A DNA stretch of 64,000 nucleotides from Scenedesmus sp. PABB004. Its lineage: Eukaryota. This document shows, in pieces, positions 55,856 to 64,000 of this stretch (the stretch's first letter is position 1; every line of letters starts with the position of its first letter). The stretch covers positions 1,240,001 to 1,304,000 of the forward strand of contig CM026548.1 of assembly GCA_014905635.1 (NCBI GenBank), in the 5' to 3' direction. The notes beneath the pieces were generated by a model, which was not told the origin of the DNA, did no database searches, and saw nothing but the letters and a program-made list of their open reading frames with translations. The translations under genes and the position numbers were made by a program.

Positions 55856-58710
55856 CTAGACGTAGATCTTCTGCCGCGGCTTGGGCATCGTGGGCAGCTC
55901 GTTGGTGGTGATGACGCCGTACTTGCTCGCGTCGAGCCCCGCGAGCTCCTGCTCCATGGGCACGCGGATGAGCGAGAAGCGGCGCATGAGCCAGAAGTAT
56001 GGCCCGAAGAACAGGCCCACCCACGCGAGCACGACGAGCACCGCGACGAGCTGCGCGGCAAGCAGCTTGCCGTCGCCGCCGAAGAACGCGCCCCAGCGCC
56101 GCCCCGCTGCGGCGCGGCGCGGCGGGCGGGCGCGTGGGTGCGGGCGCGTGGGCGGGGGCGCGGGGGTGAGGGGGCGCGGGTGCGAGGGGGCGTGGGGGCG
56201 AGGGGGCGCGGCGCAGAGCCGCGGCGGCGGCGGCGCGCGGGCGCGCGCGCGCGCGCACCTGCCGGCGAGACGCCGTAAAACTCTGTCACGTACTCCTGCC
56301 GCGCAAAGAGGCCGACGAAGAGCGTGCCCATGACGCCGCAGCCGAGGTGCATCGGCACCGCCGCGACGACGTCGTCCAGCATGCAGCGGAGCATGAGGCT
56401 GCGGGAGTGGAAAGGAGGGCAGGCGGCGGCGGCGGCGGGGGCGGCAGGGGTGACAACCGGGGCGCGGCAGCGGCAGGCGGCGGCGCGGCAGGCAGGCCGG
56501 CCGCCGCCGGGAGCGAGCGAGCGAGCGAGCGCGGAAGAGCAGGGGAGCAGCAACAGCAGGGGGCGGGGGCGGGGGCGGTGCCGCGGCAGCGCCGTGCCTG
56601 TCGAGTGCGAGGAAGGTCGCCGCCGCGAGCACGGCGACGATGATGGCGGCCCAGGGGTCGATGACGCCGCACCCGGGCGTGACCGCGACGAGGCCGCACA
56701 GCACGCCGTTGCACAGCGACATCACGTCCCACCGCCTGGGCCGTCGGGATCAGGGGTTGAGGCAGCGGCGGCGGGTGGTCAGGGTCGAGGCAGCGGCGCG
56801 AGGCGCGGCGCGGGCGGGGGGGGGGGGGGGGGGCGTGCGCGCAGAGCGCTGCGCGCAGCGGCGCGCGCCGCCGCACCGCGCGACCGCAAACGTGAGCATC
56901 ATCGCCGCCACGCCGCCGACGCCGCCCGCGAGCGTCGTCGCGACGGCCGTGCGCGCGACGAGCGCGGAGCCGGTGTAGCCCGTGATCGCGGCGGCGCTGC
57001 CGGGGTTGAATCCGTACCAGCCAAACCAGAGCAGGAACGTCCCCAGCACGACCAGGTTGCCGTTCGTCTCGCGGTAGTCCTTGTTGACCTCGCCGTCCAT
57101 GCCGAAGCGCCCGATGCGGGGGCCGCAAAAGTACACGCCCGCGAGCGCGGCGGACCCGCCGACGGTGTGCACGACGATGCCGCCGGCAAAGTCGATCGCG
57201 CCGCTGCCGAAGAGCGGCGCGGCGTTGAAGGGTGAGAGCCAGCCCCACCGCGTCCACAGCCAGTGCACGACGACGGGGTAGACCTGCCGGCGGCGGCGCG
57301 GAGGGGCGCGGGTTGGGGGCGCGTGAGGTGGGAGGTGGGAGGGGCGTGGGCTGTGGCGGGGGCGGGGGGTCGGGCGCCCGCCGCCGGCCGCGCGGCGGGG
57401 CCTCTCGCCCGCCGCGGCGCGGCGCCGCCGCCGCGGCCGGGGCCCGCGCGCGCCCCTCGCCGGCGCGACGCGGCGCGGGCTGGCTGCCCCCCGGCCGCCG
57501 GCCAGTCGAGGCCGGTCAGCCGAGACAGCCTAAACCCTTCAGCCGAGACAGCTTCGGCACAGGGGACTCACGAATGAGGTCATGAGGCAGGTGTACCCCA
57601 TGTAGCATTCAAACGCGATGCGCTCCGCGACCGCGCCCGCGACGATCGTCGCCGCGGCGGCGCTGAAGGCCCAGTGGAAGAAGAAGAGGTGCCAGCTGCT
57701 GTCGGTGCGCGTGGCGCTGGTCGTGGAGGAGAGCGCAAAGTCGCCGACGCCGATGAAGGGGTTGGCGCGCCCGCCCGACTCGCCAAACGCAAAGCCGTTG
57801 CTGCGCGCGCGCGTGTGCGGGACGTTGCCGGCGCGGGCGCGCGGGCGCGCGGCGGGGGTGGGGCCGTGTCGAGCGCCGCTGCGCCGCGGCAGGCGCCGCC
57901 GCTGCGCCTTCCGCCGCCGCGCACCCGAGCAGGAACCACGCGAACGTGCCGACGGCGCAGTCGAGCAGGTTTTTGAGCAGGATGTTCATGTTGTTCTTGA
58001 CGCGGATGTGACCCGCGCACAGCTGCGCGCGGCGGGAGGGGCCGGGCAGCGCGGCGGCGTCAGCGGCGGCACTCGGCGCCCGCGCGCGCGGCGGCGCGGC
58101 GGCGGCGGCGCGAGGTACTGCAGCGCCCCCGCGGTCCGCTGGGGCCCCCGCAGGCTCCCCGGCGCCGCGCGGAGGGCCGCGGCGCCGGGAGCAGGCCGGC
58201 AGGACACACGGCGTGGGGGCCACGGGGGTGCCCCGTGCTGTGGCCCGGGCGGCGATTCGGCCCCCGGGCGGCGCCGGAGGGCAGCACGGTGACGCGCCCG
58301 GCCCGTCGCACCCGGCGCCGGCCCGTCCCGGGGGCCGACGCCGGCGCAGGGGGCGCTTGATGGCGGGCGCCCAGCTTCGCCGCGGCCCCCCGGCCCAGGC
58401 GCGGCGCCGGGGGCCGCCCCGGCGCGCGATCCCCCCGAGCGGTGCGCGACGAACGCACCATGGCGAAGCCCGCCTGCATCAGGAACACCAGGTAGCCGCT
58501 GAAGAGCAGGAACTCGACGTTGATGCTGTGGTTGGTCTCCGCGACGCCCAGCGCCGTGTTGCGCGCCAGGTAGCGCAGCAGCGCGCCCTGCGCGCCCACC
58601 GCGCCGACATCAAAGTCGGCGCAGATGGACGCCGCGACACTGGCGTCGCCCACGAGCTCCCGGACCTCGCCCAGCTGCGCGGGCGTGCAATCGAAGGCAG
58701 ACGCAACCAT
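55856..58710 (-). CDS. AMT1: Ammonium transporter, AMT1 family
   Basis: LFSGYLVFLMQAGFAM|LCAG.IRVKNNMNILLKNLLD, FHWAF..IVAGAVAER, VYPVVVHWLW..WGWL, IDFAGG.VVH.VGG, GPRIGRF, LGTFLLWFGWYGFNPGS, NGVLCGLVAVT, DD..AVPMHLGCG, E.AGLD.SKYG. Both pore histidines are present. Confidence 0.96.
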
Positions 58711-58904
58711 GGCGCCGTGCGGCGGGGCGCCCGCTGGCCTGGCGCTGCTGCTGCTCAAGCCCTCATGGCGCTCGGCGGGTCGGGCGGGGCTGCAACGGTG
58801 CGGGGGAGCGACGACGCAGTGCGCAGCGTCCGTCCCGAGCGCGCGGAGCGGCGTTGGGCGCCTGGAGAGAGCCCTGAGCCCCAGCCAAAGTGACGGCGCC
58901 GGCG

Positions 58905-58910
58905 TTTATA
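58905..58910 (-). promoter_or_regulatory. TATA box of AMT1, with a G-box CACGTG at about 58961
   Basis: TATAAA on the minus strand about 195 nt upstream of the ATG. Confidence 0.55.
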
Positions 58911-59103
58911 CGCGCACGCCGCCGCTGCCAGCTCCGGGCCTCTCGCCCCCCCAAAATGCGCACGTGCCCCCAGGTGCGACGTCAGGCGCCCGCGGCGCAC
59001 CGCCGTCGCTCGTCGCGCGCGCGGCGCACGCGCGTGCGCGGCGGCGCCCGGGTGCACCCCGTGACGCCTGCTGGCCCCCCTCCCCCCCGCGCGATTGATT
59101 GTT

Positions 59104-61210
59104 TCACGCCGACCAGGTGGTGCCTTGGTAGAACGGCTCCACCACGGACGGCCGCCACGCGTCCTCGTCGACGCCGGGCGGCGGCAGCCGCGCGGCCAGC
59201 GCGTGCGCGACCAGCCCGCAGTCCAGCGCGACGTCCGACACCCCCGGCGCCGTGCTGTTGGCCGGCAACGCGACGTACGGGTTGCCCCGGACATGGGCGA
59301 GCTGCCGGCGTCGGCGGGCGCGCGCGCGCGCGCGCGTGAGCTGCGGCCGCGGCGCGCCGCGGCGCTCCCCTGCGTGCGCGCGTGCGCGGCGCACCTCCCA
59401 GAACAGCCGCGGGCTGGGCACGTAGGCCTCGGTGCCGTCGGGGCTGAGCGGCCAGACCTCCACCACGGTCGTGGGCGTCGTCGCAAACAGCGTGTTGTAG
59501 AGCGCGCCGCCGTGCGGCGCGACCACGGCGCGCACCTGCCGCCGGCGGCGGCGGCGGCGTGCGCGGTCGACGTCGCGGCACATGCGGCCTGCGCAGGCCG
59601 CGGCCGCGGGCGCCCCGGCGGCGGCGCGGGCGCGGCGTCGCCGCGCCAGCCGGCGCCGCCGCGCCTGCGTGCTCCAGAAGCGCATCGCGCCGCCGAGGGC
59701 GCCGTGCTCGGCCGACACCCACTCGCGCGCGACCTCGCCGCGCCCGCGCCCGTCCAGCAGCTGCTGGATGGCCGGCAGGCACTCGCGGTGGTTTAGCCAC
59801 CTGCGCGGCGGCGCCGGCGCCGGCGCTGGGCCGGCGGCGCCCTGCAGCCGCCGCGCCCGCCCGGCCCGGCGGGCCCGCCGCCCGCGCGTCGCCCGCGCCC
59901 GCAGGCCCGGCGGCGCCGCCCGCGCCGGCCGCGCTCACCGCCGGCCGCCGTTGCGCACGCCCGCGTCGCCCATGCGGCTGACGACCAGCACCGTCTTGCG
60001 CGCCGACAGCGGCGGCCCCACGGGCGGCAGCCCCGCGCCGGCCAGCAGGTCCTCGCTCACGCGCGCTGCGAGCCAGGGGTGCACCAACGGCGTGTCACAC
60101 GCAAAGAGCAGCGACGCCGCCGGTGTCGCGCCGCGCGGCGGTATGAGCTGCCGCGCCGGCGCGGTGACGTTGGCCAGCAGACGCCAGGTGTCGACCACAG
60201 CGGCGTCCCTGCGGCGGCGGCGGCGCCGGCGGCGTCGGCGGCGGCCGGCCTGGGCGGCGGCGCGCCGGTGCCGGGCGGGCCCCGGCGCGCGCTGCGCGCC
60301 GCCTCACCGCGGCTGCAGCGCGATGTAGCGCGTCCCGGGGCGCCGCAGCGCCTCGCTCTGCACAAGCATCACTGCCACGCGATCGAGCCAGTGCTGGAAG
60401 CTGCCGCTGTCGGGTGTGGCGGCAAACATCACGTGGCGGTGCCCGCCCCCGCCACCGCCGGGCCAGCCGGTGCTGGCGTTGCTGCTCGCCGGCGCGCCGC
60501 CCTGCTGCCCCGGCGGCGGCGGCGCCGCAAACTGCGCGTGCGCCGCGGTTTTGCCGCTCATGCAGTGCGCGCCGCGCCGCGCCCAGCCGGGCGGCGGCCC
60601 GCTGCGGGGGTCGTAGCTGGTGTTGGCGAACCGCAAATTGCGGCCCGCCTGGTTGGTGTAGTAGTGCCACTTTCGGTCGGCCCTGAAGCGCGGGCGCAGC
60701 AGCGGCCCGACCAGCGCCGCGTGTTCGCGGCTCAGGTAGGTCGGCATGCGGAGCTTGAAGTCCGGGTACATCACCTGCGGCACAGGGCGGGCGGGGACCT
60801 TGTTTATTGCTGTCCATTTCATCGTTTGATGGGCGCGCACTGCATACATTGCTGCGAGCGGCGGCGGCCGGGCGCGCGCGCGGCCGCGCGCGCGCCTCCT
60901 GCGCGGCCTCGAGATTGGAGTGGTTGAGGCAGGGCGCAAAGCCGAGCGGCGCGCCGCCGAGCGGGCACGACGACGCGACGAGCGGGCGCCAGGCGTCGCT
61001 CGGGCGGCCGCGCGCCGGCGGCCGCTCCGCCACGAGCGCGGCGCCGGCGACGCTGCGCATCGCGCGCCCGGCGCCGCCGCCCAGCGGCGCGCCGCCGGCC
61101 GCCCGCGGCGCCGACTGCAGCGGCGTGCGCCAGACGTGCGACCCCAGCAGCGCGCTGGCCAGCAGGAACCCCGCCAGCCCCGACAGCAGGGCGCGCAGCG
61201 GGCCCCACAT
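59104..61210 (-). CDS. Glycosyltransferase family 61 (DUF563)-like type II membrane protein
   Basis: N-terminal anchor MWGPLRALLSGLAGFLLASALLG, then SFQHWLD, VLVVSR...RR|WLNHRE, and VRAVVAPHGGALYNTLF..VVEVWP (GT61 HGA..N..E pattern). Confidence 0.8.
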
Positions 61211-61729
61211 CGCGCAGCCGCCCGCCCGCGGTCAGGCGGCTGCGGCAGCTGCGGGCGGCGGCACCATCGCGCTGGCCAGTCGAAGGGCCAGCTCGGCGCC
61301 GCGTCGCAGAGCTGCCCTGAGCTGCTCTGGCGCTTGGTTCCAGGTGGAGGGCGAGCTCTGACGCGCGTTGCAGAGCTGCCCTGATGCTCCGGCGCTGCTG
61401 AGGGCAGAGGCTGGCTGCCGCTACTCGTCGGTTTTGCGCTCGGCGCGGACTGCACGGCGCGCCAGGAACGCGCAGTCGGGAGCTGCCGTAACTGCAGGGG
61501 CTGCTCGGAGCGGTCGGAACGGCATCCCGCGGCAGCGGCAGCCGCGCGGGCGGCGGCAGCGGTTGTGCGGCCGCGCGTTCCGCTGTGCAGGGCCCCGCGC
61601 GTCCGCGGGCACACAGTCATGCGCCGCGACGGCTGCGTAGTTCGACAGCAAAACAACACCGCGGCAGCAGCAGCAGCAGCAGCGGCAACAGTGAAAGCGC
61701 CCGATACGCGCGGCGCCCGCTGCGCAGCC

Positions 61730-62582
61730 ATGCGCCCGCACCTGGGCCTTGAGCTCAGCTGGCGGTGGCGGCCAGCCGCGCAGCCCGCGCAGCCCGCGCA
61801 CGCCCCGGAGCACGCCGCGCCCGCGGCGGCGCCGCTGGTCGTCCTGCTGCCCTGGATCGGCGCGGCGGCGGAGCACGTCGACAAGTACGTCGCCCTCGCG
61901 CACGGCAGCGGCTGGGACGCGCTGGTCGCGGCCTGGCCCGCGGCGGCGATGTGGTCGGCGGCCTGGTCCCGCGCGCTCGCGGCGCGCCTGCTCGCGGCGC
62001 TGGACGCGGAGCTGCGCGCGCGGGGCGAGCGCCCGCTCGTGCTGTGGGCGTTCAGCGGCGCCGCGCGTGGCGTGCTCGCGAGCGCGCTCGAGCTGCTCGC
62101 CGGCCGGCACGCGCTGCCGGCGCCAGCTGCCGCCGGCGCCGCGCGCGTGCTGCGGTGCTGCGCCGGCGCGGTGCTCGACTCGTGCCCCGTCGACTTCACT
62201 TCAGAGGCGGTGCGCGCCGCGCCGCACGCGCCGCACGCGCCGCCCGCGCGCGCCGGCAGCTCCCGCTCCCCCTCGACGCCCCCGCGCCCCGCGCGCGCTC
62301 GCAGGGCAAGCGCCTGCTCGCGCCGCGCGCGTACGGCGGCGAGCCCGCGCCCGCAGCGGCGCCGCCGCCGCGCGGCGCGCGCGCCGCGGCGGCCGCCGCC
62401 GCGGCCTGGGGCGTCGGGCTGGGCGCGGGGCTGCTTGACTTCGTGCTGCTCGAGGCGTTTGAGCGGCACCGCGAGGCGATGTGGACCGCGCTCGAGGCCA
62501 GCCTCCCCGGCCCCGTGCTGCTGCTCTACTCCCGCAGCGACACCATGGTGCGGCCCACGCCGCCGCCGCACCACGCCTGCGC

Positions 62583-62623
<41 letters not shown>

Positions 62624-63308
62624 CGCCCCGCCCGCCCGCATCGCCGGCCCGCACGCGCGCGCGCGTGCACGCAGGCCGACGCAGCGCAGATCGCGGGCCT
62701 TGCCGCAGCGCTGCGGCGCCGGGGCCGCACGGTGATGGAGCAGGTGTGGCAGGACAGCGGCCACTGCCAGCACTACCGGTGCGGCGGCGCGCACCCGCCG
62801 CCGCGCCCGCCGCCGCGCCCGGCGCCGCGCCCGCCGCCGCCACGTCCGGGCCCCGGCGCAGCACCCTGCGCGCCGCCCCGCCAGGCTGGACCCGCAGGTC
62901 TATCGCGAGGCGGTGCAGCACCTGCTGGCCCAGGCGCTGCTGGAGTGGGAGGCGCGCAGCAGCCGCGCGCGCGAGGGCCGGCACCTGGCGGCGAGGTGGC
63001 GATCCGACCCGGACGAGCAGCAGCTGGCGCGGCAGCCCGTGCGGGGCGTCCCAGGCGCGCAGGCGGTCGCGGCAGCGCCGGCGCCGAGCGCGGCGCGGCG
63101 GGCGAGCCTCAGCGCGTGCTGCAGCTGCGCAGCCGAGGCGTGCGGGTGCGCTGGCACGGGGGCGCCTGCGAGCGGCGAGCTTGCGTGCTCCAGCAGCATG
63201 GCGGGCAGCCTGCGTCTGCAGCACGGGCGGCCAGCGGGCGGCACGGGCCTCGCGCCGCCCGGCCGCCGCGCCGCAGCGCAGCCAGCGCGGCCGTGCAGCA
63301 GGCTGTGA
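61730..63308 (+). CDS. TMEM53-like / DUF829 alpha/beta-hydrolase-fold protein
   Basis: PLVVLLPWIGAAAEHVDKYVAL, LVLWAFSGAA, VLDSCP, PVLLLYSRSD, WQDSGHCQHYR|LDPQVYREAV. TGA at 63306-63308. The first-exon frame is not in the supplied ORF track. Confidence 0.85.
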
Positions 63309-64000
63309 CGCAGGCGGTCCGCAGCCGACATACCGGGCTGCGCTGGCTTGGCAACGCCCCTCTGCTGGCGCTGGCCGCCGCTCCCGCCGCCGCACCGCCG
63401 CCGCGCTCGGCTTGTTGCTGCTCCGGCGCGCGAGGCAGGCGATCGGGCGGGCGCGGGGCCCGCGGTTCACGCTGCGGCGCGCACAGCCTCCACCCGGCCG
63501 CCCTGGGCCTCCACTGCCACACACGCGCCCTCCAGGCCAGGGCTCAGCTGCAGCACGCAGCCGCGCGAGCGCGCCGCCGAGCCCGCCGCCGCCGCTGCTG
63601 CGCCGTGCGCCACGATCCGGCGCACATCGCCCCGCGGCGCCCGTGTGGGCCCGGTGTCTTCAACTACCCGCCCAGGCAGCCGCCGCGCCGGCCCAGCGCC
63701 CTCAGGCGCCGCGGCAGCGCCGACAGCAGCGCCCGCGCGCCGCCATGCGCACCCGGCGCGCCGCGCAGCGCGAGGCCGCCCAGGGTGCGTGGCTGGGAGG
63801 GGCGTGCGTGGCAGTGTCGGGCCTGCCTGAGGCGGTGGCCCGCGGCAGGCAGGCAGCCCCCGCAGGCCCACACGCCCGGCGCGCGCCCCACGCCGCCGCC
63901 CGCTGCTGCGCCGCCCGCCAGGCGCGGTGGTGGCTGCGGCGGTGGCTGCGGCCGCGACCCTGCACGACGCCTGGTCGCTTCTGCTGGCGCACCCGGCGGT

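Noticed and set aside
60780..60860. AT-rich patch in a GT61 intron as a box C/D snoRNA
   Set aside because: Only a weak box C-like CGATGA; no box D or terminal stem found.
63309..64000. Possible 3' end of a minus-strand gene
   Set aside because: No recognisable motif or reliable splice structure; could be UTR.

Overview
Very GC-rich, intron-dense eukaryotic nuclear DNA. The gene set (ELIP/Cbr, plant-type ACLA, AMT1, plastid-targeted NADH-GOGAT) and TTTAGGG-type motifs point to a chlorophyte green alga, probably Sphaeropleales-like (inference). The long Ala/Arg/Gly/Pro ORFs in the six-frame track are mostly GC artefacts, so I rebuilt genes by hand across splice sites. About 16 spliced genes are supported: a ubiquitin-like protein, TMEM45/DUF716, a 19-kb NADH-glutamate synthase (52 introns by my count), ELIP, an RCC1-repeat protein, a yeast Hpt1/Xpt1-type phosphoribosyltransferase, complex I NDUFA5, ATP-citrate lyase A, a HAD pseudo-phosphatase, two tandem atypical AT-hook/bZIP paralogues, a small single-TM plastid protein, a SHPRH-like SNF2-RING helicase, AMT1, a GT61 glycosyltransferase and a TMEM53/DUF829 hydrolase. 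There is also a probable 5'-truncated LINE 3' end. The most striking unexplained structure is in the GOGAT introns. About 13 mostly unrelated, near-perfect 25-45 bp hairpins occupy most of the longer introns, some in tandem clusters of 2-3, resembling an intronic miRNA-like system or an intron-compaction system. About 31% of the GOGAT introns are GC-AG, and many have polarised telomere-like G-rich 5' and C-rich 3' arms. Gene spans run first to last codon and exon boundaries were read by eye.
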